The notes under the pieces: model-generated
Told to the model about the DNA's origin: nothing
Databases searched by the model: none
Seen by the model: the letters and a program-made list of their open reading frames with translations, nothing else
Position numbers and translations under genes: made by a program
NCBI GenBank assembly: GCA_946965045.2
Contig: OX337240.1
Coordinates: forward strand, 2,728,001 to 2,792,000
Length of the DNA: 64,000 bases
Reading direction: 5' to 3'
From: Epithemia pelagica
Taxonomy: Eukaryota > Protista > Bacillariophyta
Shown: positions 10,664 through 23,044 of the stretch, in pieces
Layout of the letters: each line of letters starts with the position of its first letter
Numbering within the stretch: position 1 is the stretch's first letter

Positions 10664-12319
10664 TCTTTTGTTTGGCCTACAGTGCGCAGGGCCTGTGAAA
10701 GCAAGAAAACACAGTCTTATGGATCATCAGCCCATGTCAGATCAAGACCGAGCAATGATTGGAGTGACATAACAAGACGGTTCTCCGAAATGGGCAAACC
10801 ATTCATGTTCCGCATCGTAATATTGATGAGCTGCTCCGAATTCTTCATCCAAAGTGTCCATGGTCAACACCAGTTCAGTTTACGGAGGGAAGGAACAAGG
10901 GTCTTTCCCTCCCGCTGTCCTTCCTCTCTAAGCTCTCTTTCATTATGGCAACTGAACAATCACACCCTTCTGTTGTGGGCTAGAAGACAACAACTTGTGC
11001 AGCCCAGGAATCCTGATGTGGACGTTTGATATTCAAGACGGGTTAGTGAAGGAATTAAGTGATTCGACTCATTGCGTCATTGCAGAAGTCCTCTTTCTTC
11101 ATCATGCGTGGTACTTCGTCCACAGCCACAGAGATATCGATACTGGCATTCGGGAACGGTGTCCATTGGAACCTTGGATAGTCGGACTTTTAACAAGGTT
11201 CGAGAATGGGGAGATTGTTGCTCCGAACTATTCCATGATTTGAATCAGATGCTTATCGATGAGTTGACTTTCAAGAGCATGATTTAGAACATGCGTGCTG
11301 AGTTAGGGACGAGAAGGTGCCAAAATGGCATGCGGTAATGGGAGCATGACAATCACATACATCTCCTCTACCTTTCTATTAGAGATGTATCTGTCCCTCT
11401 CGCAGGGGTAGAGCGAGATGATGGACAGTCATTTTTGTGGTCAGTGGTCGGTTCGGATGCGAGTCGGACTGTGTCGGATACCATGGTTTCTGATTATTTG
11501 CTCAATATGTACTGAAAAGAGTGAGTACGAGTATACATTACTCGTCTTGTCTGTACTGGGTGGAGTGACGTGGCTGATGCTGGCCAGACTCCGCGACCGA
11601 CAACAGAGGTGCGACTGCTCCGCCTCCTCGACGCGAGGCGAGCATCCGATTTGATTCCCACAATCGGAAGTTTTAGGATGACCCTGATGCAGAGTCGTTG
11701 GAGCGTGAGAAGCAGGGTGTGGAAGTCACTAGCGAAAAATTTTCTAAGTTCTGCAACTTTTGAACTTTTTCACCATAATTTCACAAATCAAATCACATTA
11801 CTAGCCTTTCTCAAACGAACTTTTTTCACAAAGTCAAATTGCTCACATTTTTCATCGAAGTTGACTTGGACCCATCCAACTTAGTTATTTACAAGCTCTT
11901 ATTACCGGAACATTGGCACACACCAATGTAATTATCCAAGTTGCAATTTTCTCACATAGTTCAATCAAGTTACATGTCTCCACTTAGTGACTCGAAGTCT
12001 GAAGTCTAATTGCAAGTCTCAAGATTAGAACTAAATTCTCCAAATCAAGTTGTAATTTTACTTCATTGCAACTAGTGTCAGTGTCGACTGTCGACACTTG
12101 ACACTTGGTCACTTCGCACTATCCTACAGTAACAAACACAGTCAACAAGATATAATCGGTACTGGCCCCTTACCTCTTTCTTACCTCTTAACACTGAACC
12201 CAACACACAATCTCTTCACCTCTGCTGTGGCTTGTTGCAGCGTTACAGCACACGAATGAGGTGTGATTTTTCCAGTTGACACTGTCGGAATCAAACAACC
12301 AATCTCTGGTTGAAAGCAC

Positions 12320-15300
12320 ATGTCTTTGTTGCCAATCGAGGACATTGAAGTAGATTTGAACTCCCCTGCTGTTTCCAGTCTTTCATCAGCGACATTCATG
12401 TATGCCATGGCTCCCCAAAGAAAACAGCAGTCATCTCAATCCTCCAAAGAAGCTCGACTATCGTCAGCAACTGGAGGTGACGACAACAATGAAGAACCCA
12501 CGAACCCACCGACAACAACCAATGAAAGAGAAAATGAAAACCAGGCGCCTCCTACAACAGCCAACAATGAAGACAACTCTCAACAAGTTGCTGCTCCTGC
12601 TCCTACGGACGAGGGACCCTTGACACAAAGCCGAAAGGATGAAATCAAACAAGAGAAATCATACGTCTCGTTTTGTCCACCTCCGAAGAAGCTCTTTCGA
12701 AATTGCCAAAATTCGTTCTTTGGAAAAGTTCGTTACCTGAACTTCAAGAAATTGACCAGCACGAAGAAGACCTTAAAATCAAACCCCGCTGTCAATTTGG
12801 GGAAAATGCCAGGTTTATTTTCGTGTCTGCAATTGTTAGAGTCAGCTTCTGACGAAGACAAAGAAATGAACGATGGCTATCATTCCATTGTAAAGAAGCT
12901 TGTTGTTTGTCCACATTGCTTCGACGACCCAACTGTTAGTCTCGACAAATGTCTCCTTGGTCTTGGCAGAGGCCTTTCGTCCAACATCAGCACACACTTT
13001 GGTAAATACCACCCCGAAGTCGTGGAAGATACTGCCTCTGTTGCAACCGACCCTACTCAACAACCCATTTCCATGTATTCTGGCACAATGGTTAGCAAAC
13101 AAGATGCCAGAGTAATGTTTCATCAGTCAATTTATAAGTTCGTGAATGACTGTGGTTTCCCGGCATCAACTGTTGAGAAGGAATCGTTTAGAGATCTTCT
13201 CAAGTGTGCAATTGCCAACGCCCCAAAGCTCAAGGAAAAGGACTGTTCCATAAGCAACAAAGCAATCACTCGGATGAGATTGGAGTCCTACAATGATTTT
13301 CTCAAGACCGTTACGGAACTTGGAGAAAACGTACGACAAGCGTACCATGATCTATGCAACAAACCCATCGCCTTTTCTACGATTACACACGACATCTGGC
13401 AGGGAAATGACAAGGATGTCCTTGGGGTTTGTTTGATGTTCACCGATCCTCGGAACTGTAAATCTTACAGACTCCCGATTGGCCTTTGCTCAACAAAGGG
13501 TCATACAGCAAAACAAGTAGCCGACCACACCTCATCAATCCTCAACGCTGTCGGCTTTACGCAACAAGACCTCTCTGCCTCCGTGAATGACAACACGAAC
13601 TCCGCCGTGTTGGCTGGAAAGTATATAGTGGGTAATAAGACAGGCGGCAAGTGCGACATGCACAGGGCCGAACTGATCTTGAAACACTCCACAGGTCTGG
13701 CAGTCCGGAAAAAAAAGGCGAAGTGGTGGACAGTAACGAGGAATTCATGACTGTTTATAGAAAATTCTTCAAATTTGCAGCATGGATGATGAGTTCGCGT
13801 GCCAAAAGATTTGAAAAGATACGTTCCTACGCCCTAAAACATGGGAGGAAGGTCATCAAAGTCTCTATGCCGAATACAACCCGTGTTGGAGGCTGCATCA
13901 TTACCTTTCATGACCTATTCCGGAACAAATTTGTAACGGATATGTATGCAAAAGAGCAATTTGAGTACAAGGACGACGAATTCATTAAACATTATCCCTC
14001 TGAAGAGGACTGGCAGCTCTTGGCCGAATTCGAGGGAATCTTGGCCCCACTCAAACAAGTCTCCATGTCACTCCAAGTTGACGACCCTTCTGCATCGGCT
14101 TGTTCATTGCTGGAAATCTTCACCAGTAAGCATTGTGTGGAAGTTATGAAAGATAAGGGAGTGCCCGTGTTGACTGTTACTGGGCCTAATGCACGCCCAT
14201 GGGATGCCAGTCTCACCATCGCCAAGCTTCAATCGTATCGAGACATTGTAACATACGACAAATTGTCAGAAAAGAGTCAATTGTTGATCGAGCGAGTACT
14301 TGTGGAATATACAAACTACATTGAGGAAGGCCATGACTCCCACGCTGAACACGCCATGTGTGGACATCCTTTCCTTGCATCTTATGGTCCCAACATACTG
14401 AAAACCATAAATGTTTACGACGATGAGAGTCTTAAACGGATTCGGAAAGAATTTGTGATGGACATTGTCCGCAAGTTCTCGCAGCCAAAGAAGAATGGCA
14501 CCAATCCCCAATCCAAGTCGAATCAGCAGGAACGTGAACAACAAAAGGAAAGTACACCTGTGGAGATCATTGAGGACGAAGAGGAAGAGTCTTCAGTCCC
14601 AAAAGCTGTCTCGAATGTAATGGACTGCTTTAACATCTTCAAGACACATCGCATCACCAAGGAGAAAGAAAATGCTGCACTAATGGAGGCGACGGCGACA
14701 AGTACCAGTACAGATGACCAAGTTGATAGAGCCAAGCTATACAAGATGTGTGATGAACAGTTCGGACGCTATCTCGAATTTTGCGAGAACGTTGTCCATG
14801 GATCCTGGGAGGACTTGATTCGCCAGTATCCCACTGCCGCATTTCTGAAACTATCTGGTTCGTGGAACCCTGAAAAACAACAAGAATTCAAGTTGGCCTG
14901 TACGGAACACTATTTCCATGTCGTTGGGAAATATTTTGACGTCTTGAAATGGTGGTCCGACAACAAGATGCTATTCCCCAAACTCTTTCCTAGTGCCTTG
15001 ATTTGGATATCGAAACCTGCGACAAACGCATTCCAGGAACGCGTGTTCTCTCGGTCGTCGTTCATGGATAGGAATCCCTTAATGAGACGCCAACTAGACA
15101 AGAACTTTGAAATGCGCACTATGGAAAGTATTACAAGGGAGGTGCGCTCTGAGATTGTCAAGAATGAAAAGCTACTCAAACAAGGCGCGACCTCCGACGA
15201 AAAAAAGGCAGCCAGTGGCCGCCAAGCAAAGAAGGTGATAGATCTCAGCCAGGAATCTAAAGGGGAAGAAGTCAGTCAGGTACAACAGACCGCACAACAA

Positions 15301-15978
15301 CGCACTCCGGCAACAGGAACACAAGTTCCTGTTGTCCCACTGGAAAAAGCCACACCGACACAATCCGATATGACTCGGATGGAAACGGTACTACGAGCAA
15401 CGTCGAAGCTGGAACTCTACGAACTGTCCGGAACTATTGGTGCCCACGGCATAGAGGCGGAAACAAGTTACAAGTTCAAGTCGGTCAAAAAGGTTGATAA
15501 GAAGACAGTTGTGAGCGATGCGACATGGGACGACGTCGAATTGGTTGATCTGGTAGACGATCCACGAGATGAAGACCAACTAGAGGCTTTGGATCAAAAA
15601 GTTGCTGCTCCTTACGACGATGACGAAGACAAGGAAGATTCTGACACGGCGTTAAAAGAAGCCATCCAGGAAAGAAAGAATGAACTCATTCAACAAACCG
15701 CGTTGGAGAAGACTGTTGCTAGTCTGCCCGTTGCAAATGCCAATGAAGGCACGAAAGGAGATAGTGGGAAACGTAAAGCCTCTTCAACTATTCAAAAAGG
15801 AAGGAAACGGACGAAGCAGAATTCACTCTCTGAGGCACTCGCAAGAACTGTGGTTAGAACACCACGCAAGAAAGACAATCGCAAACCACCCCCAACCCCA
15901 AACGACTCGCCAACGAGAAGAAGCCCAAGACTTGCAGAGAAGGAAGTCTCAAGTGCGGACAATGACGGTACCAGTTGA
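12320..15978 (+). CDS. hAT transposase split by a frameshift at an A8 run (13709-13716)
   Basis: BED-like finger CPHC...HFGKYH. DDE residues in THDIW, VNDNTNS and FQERVFS. CDMH (CxxH) motif. Two overlapping ORFs (12320-13750, 13651-15978) join as VRKK/GEVVDS. Start may be 12320, 12398 or 12407. Confidence 0.85.
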
Positions 15979-16080
15979 TCTCCGACCACGAACGTCACTG
16001 AAGGTGACAATGGAAGAAACGTCACGGATACTATACATCCATAATCGCAGTGCATTTTGGTAAATATAATATATTGACAG

Positions 16081-17922
16081 TCATTTAGTATATTCTTTTA
16101 TCAACTGCAGAAAGAAATACTTGAGATGGCGAAGATTCGCTGGAGATTTAGATTCGGATTTGTCATGAGAGTGAGCCACAATAAAAGACTCCATTTGTTC
16201 TTGGCACTTGCTTCTGGTCTGTGGTTTGTTAAGTAGTTGTCCTAGAGAACCAAATAAAGGATTGATTTCCTCCCATCGTTCTTTAGGAAGCCATGATTGA
16301 AGGTTCAAAGAGCATTCCATGCCGTCATTGATATGAGACTCCGTCCAATTGAGAACCTTAGTTGATCGGATAACATGAATATCTGAGGGAATTCCTTCCG
16401 TCCGGCCAAATGCCGTTTGTAGAATGATTGTTCCCGTCTTGTGGCCAATTCCAGGTAAGGTCATAAGCTCAGTAAGGGAAATGTCTTTAGGAATGCGACC
16501 TTTGTGTCGCTGGACGAAATAGTCCGCGGCGTTGACTATGCGTTCCGCATTGACACGATACCGTCCTGTTTCTGCAAACAAACTACAGAAAACATCCATC
16601 CCAAAATATGTTGACACTTCAATTGTTCCTTGTGCACTAGTGATGCCCGATTGGAATAAGCGAGGGATCACTTGAGAGAGACTTTGATCTGATGTGGCCG
16701 AGCTCATCAAGATAACAATGAGACACATGAAGGCTGGGTCAGAGTCTTCATATTCCGACATATTGTTGGTAATCCATTCGGACCATGTGTCTCTGGGGGC
16801 TTCCAAACCAGACTGAAGGAAATACCGACGTAAATGGGAAAGATTATCAAGTAAAAACAGCCGGGAATCAATTGTGGATTGGTTTCTAATGGGGATGGAA
16901 GGGCGAAACATTCTGGTCATGACAGGTTTGGTAATTGCAGGTGTCCCAGGCATGTGTCTGTCGCCATAGACTATCTGTTCCTTGGCGGAACATGATTGCA
17001 ATAAAGCATGGCAGAGAACAGTTTTTCTTTGCCGAGTCAAGACATGGGCAGTGGGGGAAAATTGTCGCTTGGTCCAATATTCATCAATGACAGGAGAAGA
17101 AGCCCAATATTCATGGGTGACAGAAGTAGAAGCGTTGTTGCTATTTGGGCCCATGGTAGATTGAGAAGCTTTGGCAACTGGAGTTGATGGAGGACTTGTA
17201 TCAATAGGAGGAGGGGACGTTGTTGTATCCAGTTTCATTGAGTAACGGTCATCCTCCTTCGTGCTCTTCTTAGTATGCGCAACAATGTCCTCAACAACGA
17301 TGTCGATGCTTGGACTAATACAAATAGGACACTCTGTCCGTAGGTCAAAGGAATTTCTAACCTGGATTCTGGCATTGTGTCGGGTCATCCAGGTTAGAAG
17401 ATTCCATTCCACGGAAAGTTTAGTGTAGTTGTTTTGCTGATGGTAATCGGCATTGAATTTTTGAAAAGCTTTGAGACCATTGGAGGAAGGCAAAGAAAAT
17501 ATTGGTCGGCATTTTCCTTCAATGGAGATGAAGGGGAGGTCGTCGGTGGGGGGGTTCATCTCGTATGTGACTTGGAATGAGTCATCTTCTTGGGAATACA
17601 GACCCGTAAACACTATTCGACAGACAGTGTTCAGTAAGCTTTCGAATGACATGCGACTGGGAGATAAACAAGGGTGGCTTGTGTTGGATGGATAGTCGAC
17701 TTGTTGGTAGTGCAGACTTCCATTGTACCGGGTAAGCCACAGCAACACCACATCTTTTATGTTCTCCATTGCCAAGTCTTGTGTCGCCTTTTCCAAGGGA
17801 GTGGTTAACAAAGTTGAGTCCTCTAGCATCATGGTCATGAACGACATTGGAATATGGGTCACAGTGATGACTTGGTGACAAGTCACATGGAGGTCGATGG
17901 TACGGTCATCTGATGCTTCCAT
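16081..17922 (-). CDS. Endonuclease III (Nth)-like HhH-GPD DNA glycosylase/AP lyase with long N-terminal extension and no 4Fe-4S motif
   Basis: 613-aa uninterrupted ORF. FMCLIVILMSSATSD, HhH LPGIGHKT (catalytic Lys position), GIPSDIHV (catalytic Asp position), WLPKERWEEINPLFGSLGQ. C-terminal Cys cluster motif missing. Confidence 0.9.
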   Translation of the reverse strand: MEASDDRTIDLHVTCHQVITVTHIPMSFMTMMLEDSTLLTTPLEKATQDLAMENIKDVVLLWLTRYNGSLHYQQVDYPSNTSHPCLSPSRMSFESLLNTVCRIVFTGLYSQEDDSFQVTYEMNPPTDDLPFISIEGKCRPIFSLPSSNGLKAFQKFNADYHQQNNYTKLSVEWNLLTWMTRHNARIQVRNSFDLRTECPICISPSIDIVVEDIVAHTKKSTKEDDRYSMKLDTTTSPPPIDTSPPSTPVAKASQSTMGPNSNNASTSVTHEYWASSPVIDEYWTKRQFSPTAHVLTRQRKTVLCHALLQSCSAKEQIVYGDRHMPGTPAITKPVMTRMFRPSIPIRNQSTIDSRLFLLDNLSHLRRYFLQSGLEAPRDTWSEWITNNMSEYEDSDPAFMCLIVILMSSATSDQSLSQVIPRLFQSGITSAQGTIEVSTYFGMDVFCSLFAETGRYRVNAERIVNAADYFVQRHKGRIPKDISLTELMTLPGIGHKTGTIILQTAFGRTEGIPSDIHVIRSTKVLNWTESHINDGMECSLNLQSWLPKERWEEINPLFGSLGQLLNKPQTRSKCQEQMESFIVAHSHDKSESKSPANLRHLKYFFLQLIKEYTK

Positions 17923-20859
17923 TGTACTTGAATATAAGATGCATGGGGTTGAGGATGGGGAAATAATAGTGGCAATGAGAAATGAGAAGGGCAGGAAAAC
18001 TGAAGGTTGTGTCGTTGATGGAAAGGAACAGAGGTAAAGGTGACAGGTGACAGTGGATTGGTGAATGTTGAGAGGTTGAGAGTTGTGAGTTGTGAGTGTT
18101 GGTTGAACCTCTGTCGTGAGTCGTGAACGTTCTACTCCTCTGGGAGTGATATTGGTAAATATGTGCAGGAAGAGTGTGAATAAATACGTAGAAACAGATA
18201 AGAGTGAATGGTTCCTCTGAATAAAAGTTGTTGTTTGTGACTACGACAACAAAGAAGTTGCAACTAATAGTTGTAACTATGGAGGTGACAGAGGGATGAA
18301 GTTTAATTACAAGGGGCAAAGTTGCAACTTGGACTTGTTTAGTCTAGTTGCAGACTCAGAAAAGAAACTACGACTTTCAAAGTTAGTCTAAGTTAAGTTG
18401 CAGGTTCTTCATTGGAACCATATTTAATCTAGTCAAGTTAGTACCTTAGTCGTGTTAGACTATTAGTTGCAAGTTCATTCTGTATCGTGGTTTTGTGATT
18501 TGACATGTTGCATTAACTAGTGGGTACAAGTCGCATCACAGTAAACTGTCTAATGAATTATTAGTTGGGAAGTTAAGTCTAATGGCTGATTTTCCAACTT
18601 CCACACCCTGGTGAGAAGAGCTCACTCTTCTTGGGTTCAGCATCTTTGCAACGACTACGAGACGAGTTCGAGATCGCAACGATTCTAGTTAGCTAATCTT
18701 AAAATTTCCCCTTCCCCGCCCTGGAGCCATTTTTGGTTTCAGAGGCCTTCGGCAAAACTATGTGTCTATCGTTTAGATTTAGAATCTTGTTTACAAATCT
18801 CAACGGACCACCAATATTGAATTGGCTGACAGCAAATCATCATCCAAGTATCGACTCAGCAATACGCATTCCACGTAGTACCGATGCAACACTCGGATGA
18901 TGACTTGCCACGAGTAAAACCATGACAATGGCATCTCTGTCATCACGCCCTCTGAGCAACGAATTGTGGCATTGAAGCATGAAAATCACGTTTGGACTCA
19001 CCGAGAAATGAAGATGGTAAACGCGGCCTGTTAGCCCATTGACTAGAGTACTGGAAACAACTTTCAGCGGCTGCATACTGATATCGAACGGCTTTGCACC
19101 ATTGTATGATTTCATCGACGATCTGAGACATTTCATATGCGTATGCGACGAAGTGTGGAAACCGCAGAGGAACCATCTTCTACCTGACGACAAACTTTCA
19201 AAGAACGAGAAGGAATGTGCCAATCAACCTGAGGTGTCACAAAACGGCCATTTCCCGCACGCTGGATCATGTTCGATGTCCCTTGCGGCGGACGTTGCTG
19301 GTTTTGGGTATGTTCTCGTCGACGAGACGAAACTACCACGTCTATACGTAGATGACATTAAGGAGACCGCACGTTACACTTTAGCTTGAACGTTGAGCTG
19401 AAAGCGGCCATAATTATCCCATTACAGATGGAAATGGAACGCCTTATGTCGCTGGCCTTTTCAAGTTGGCAATACAAACCTCTGAGATGCACAGGAGCTA
19501 TTGTATTACGTTTACGGAGCGAGGTGTTACTAATAGGTCTGGGTGCAAAAGTATCACGGACGAGCAACACACTGTTTGTGGACTCCGACACGAGAGGCAG
19601 TGGACATCGGGAACAGGGCCTAGCAAAAGAACATTAACTCTGACCAGAATGTTCAAGAGCATGATACAGCCTGGTCTCAGGCAAGTGCAGGAAGACCGGT
19701 CTACTTATCTGCAAGCCTATACGGTCCTTTGCTGGTATGCATTCCACAGTCGGGAATGAACAAATCCCAATCTCCAATCTCGATACGATCGATCTGTGAC
19801 AGGATCATTTAGCCTGAACCATACTCTTTACAATGATTCCAATAGGAACAGGGAGTCATTTCATGGCCGTGCTAAAGAGGCTTTACGTTAGATAGCGCAC
19901 CTAGCTCTTTCCAAAAAGAGCAGATGTAGGTCTCTTCGCTTTCGTCCCAAAAAAAGTTAACTTTTTGAATTGCGAATGCGTCGCTGACTAAATTCATTCT
20001 TCTCATGTAATGAGCTCTCTGTATCTTTCGGGGGACACACGGTACGTTGAGACCGAATCATGTCTACCAATGTGAGCACAGCGCCGTGCATCGATGTTGA
20101 ACATCCTTGGTGCATGGTAACCGAAAGCGAGAGTTTAATCAAGCTTTCGACCCCCGAGTCCACCGTGGACCTTGTTGCGACCCGGCACGAGTAACAGTTG
20201 AGGTTCATCGAAGGGCTACTGCAATTGTTGTTGAACAAGTTAGCCACAGCAAATTGTATGACCTGGGTTTGTGTGTGGTTCTCTTGTTCGTGGATTCATC
20301 ACATTTGATTTGGTGCGTGATACCATGAGACCTCCTTTGCCTTGACGTGAATAAACCCGTTTCGTGCTTATGACACTGAAAAGCGCATATCCTGGTATCA
20401 ACATTGAACCCATGAGTCATTGAATTCCATCTGACGCCAGAGCGTCCGATTTCCGATAGTCGAACGATGGTTTGCTTGGTTTGGGCTGTTTCTAATATCA
20501 TGAGGACCGGATCGCAGGAACGACGCCAATGACAGGAGATCACAGAGACAGACTCTGAGGAATTACTACAGCTTCATGTCCCAGTGACGAGATCCGACCG
20601 GTAAGATAATGTTTGCAAACATGTGTTTTGTCAGGTCAACTTCCTCATCAACTCAACTCTGTGGAAACCTCTTTTGGATTCATCACTGTTCGGACATGAT
20701 GGATGTACACAGATAGTCTGTGACACGAAGGCGCTTGGTTGCCATTGCCTGGAGGCAATGGCAAATTTGGATCTGATCGCCAGTCCGCGGTGTCTGTAAC
20801 GGAAAACATATCAGTTCCGTCTTCAAGAACTCTGATGGTTATACTTCTTCAAGACGAGA

Positions 20860-21705
20860 GCAAATCATGGTCTGTGCATTGAATTGACATGCCATCGAGT
20901 ATCCTTCTGTGGCCGTGTCGTTTCCATGCGCGGATGATGATTTGCTCTCCATTGGCATGGTGAAGAGTGGTCTCATTTCTGATGTTGGTCTGGTTTGTAG
21001 TTCTCTTAAGGGCAAATCATGGTCTGTGCATTGAACTGGCATGCCATCGAGTATCGTTCCATGGCCGTGTCGTTTCCATGCGCGGATGATGATTTGCTCT
21101 CCATTGGCATGGTGAAGAGTGGTCTCATTTCTGATGTTGGTCTGGTTTGTAGTTCTCTTAAGGGCAAATCATGGTCTGTGCATTGAACTGGCATGCCATC
21201 GAGTATCCTTCTGTGGCCGTGTCGTTTCCATGCGCGGATGATGATTTGCTCTCCATTGGCATGGTGAAGAGTGGTCTCATTTCTGATGTTGGTCTGGTTT
21301 GTAGTTCTCTTAAGGGCAAATCATGGTCTGTGCATTGAATTGGCATGCCATCGAGTATCGTTCCATGGCCGTGTCGTTTCCATGCGCGGATGATGATTTG
21401 CTCTCCATTGGCATGGTGAAGAGTGGTCTCATTTCTGATGTTGGTCTGGTTTGTAGTTCTCTTAAGGGCAAATCATGGTCTGTGCATTGAATTGACATGC
21501 CATCGAGTATCGTTCCTTGGCCGTGTCGTTTCCATGCGCAGATGATGATTTGCTCTCCATTGGCATGGTGAAGAGTGGTCTTATTTCTGATGTTGGTCTG
21601 GTTTGTAGTTCTCTTAAGGGCAAATCATGGTCTGTGCATTGAATTGGCATGCCATCGAGTATCGTTCCATGGCCGTGTCGTTTCCATGCGCGGATGATGA
21701 TTTGC
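20860..21705. repeat. 152-bp tandem array (about 5.6 units), each with an 86-nt imperfect palindrome
   Basis: GCAAATCAT at 20860, 21012, 21164, 21316, 21468 and 21620. Arms GCAAATCATGGTCTGTGCAT and ATGCGCGGATGATGATTTGC. Confidence 0.95.
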
Positions 21706-22441
21706 GCCTGATTACTTTTGCTGGACCACATTGGGCTAGAAAGATCACATCTCTGTACTCGCCGCTTTTCGTCGCATCTGAACGGCGTTGGGACAAAACC
21801 AGTGTTTTTTCTTCATCTTTACTTTGAGATTCAGTTTGACGATGGAGCGCCATAATGCTGCGGAATTTATTGTACTCCAAGATTGCTCGTTCCTCATGGC
21901 TCTATCACCGATTGAATGGCTCCATGTCCTCAATCTAGCAGCGATAGTATGTCGCCCATGTGTTACGAGGACTCGCCATACCACGTATGTAATAGAGTGT
22001 GATATCAATAATGCATGTGGTAGCACTGCTCGGTTTAGATCTTTCCATGTGCCCTGTTTTCGCATAATGGCTACCCTCATGTATCTTGTTATGTGGCAAT
22101 CTCGTGGTATCCCAAGCGACCACAAGACCTCCCATGATGGGTCACGGACAGGAGTCAGCCATGGATGGAGCGCCTTTTGATTATTGTGGAGATCAATGAG
22201 AGTGAATCAAAGCCGCATGTTCACGGCGAAGGCTCCAATTGGCACTACCTAATCTCCTTGGATGTACCGTTGCGGGTAACGGCTTACGGCATGATCAACC
22301 CTGTTGTGCACTATAAAAGTGTCTACGCACGATAGGTAATAGGTACCTCCTTGATGCTTCTTGGCTACCCACTTGCTTTGAGGATGTCCTAGCCTTCTAC
22401 TACCAATCTTTCCACCCATATATAGCGAGTAATAATATCCG

Positions 22442-22704
22442 TGGTCAGTGGTATGGAATGACGGGGAGTCTTAAGATGTACCAGTAACCAGTATCCAGTA
22501 CTCGTATGCTTTAGTGAAGAACTGTATTATGATGTACTTGTAGTACATCCAGGGAACCTCGGAGCTATTGTAGGACAAGTATACGTGGAAACGGTAATGA
22601 AAGGGAAAAGCAGGATATACACTGTGACATAAAGTAGTACAGAAGATCTTATATTTATATTGGTTATATTCGTGAGTCCTCTAGTAGAGATGCTCGATTA
22701 TGGC
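22442..22704 (+). repeat. ~263-bp dispersed repeat, copy 1
   Basis: TGGTCAGTGGTATGG...GATTATGGC, near-identical to 26356-26618 in the same orientation. Confidence 0.9.
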
Positions 22705-23044
22705 GCGAGAGCTTGATTGGAAAAGTCTCGAACATTATTTCGAGTTCCTGAAAAAGGGCTTAACCCTTGCAAGAGTCCGGATATTCCCATACTATTAGTA
22801 CTGTTTGAGGATTCCAGCAAGACCACCCAAGCATTCCATTTCCAGTGGCTCGTTGTTTGTGGTGATGCAGCAGATAATGCACCAAAATGTGGCCGTTTCC
22901 TGTTCTCCCAATCGCGCCAGCCGGCATGCCCGGATGGGCGCGATGGGGTCTCTCTCCGTTAGCGTTTGCTTCATTTCTCATTTCAGCCGTGTCTGTCGAC
23001 AACAACATCTGCAACGACTTCCATGCAATCTGTCTCCATGCTCC

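Larger units (their letters stand above)
11713..18610 (+). mobile_element. Full-length hAT transposon (6898 bp) with transposase and DNA glycosylase cargo
   Basis: Perfect 14-bp TIRs CAGGGTGTGGAAGT (11713-11726) and ACTTCCACACCCTG (18597-18610). 8-bp TSD GTGAGAAG (11705-11712, 18611-18618). AAGTT/AGTTGCAA subterminal repeats at both ends. Confidence 0.95.

Noticed and set aside
16081-17922. Calling the cargo a DEMETER/ROS1 orthologue
   Set aside because: No Fe-S motif and no recognisable DME accessory domains; the motifs are closer to Nth. Demethylase activity remains a hypothesis.
18780-20800. Short ORFs right of the hAT
   Set aside because: No recognisable motifs and many stops in all frames; treated as decayed sequence.
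20860-21705. CRISPR-like array
   Set aside because: The linkers are essentially identical, the repeat is 86 nt, the context is eukaryotic and there are no cas genes.
20860-21705. Hammerhead ribozyme satellite/retrozyme
   Set aside because: No CTGANGA...GAAA core on either strand; the closest is CTGATGT.
20839-21880. Repeated 62-89-aa ORFs as a repeat protein
   Set aside because: The 152-bp period breaks the frame each unit; similar peptides on both strands arise from the palindrome.
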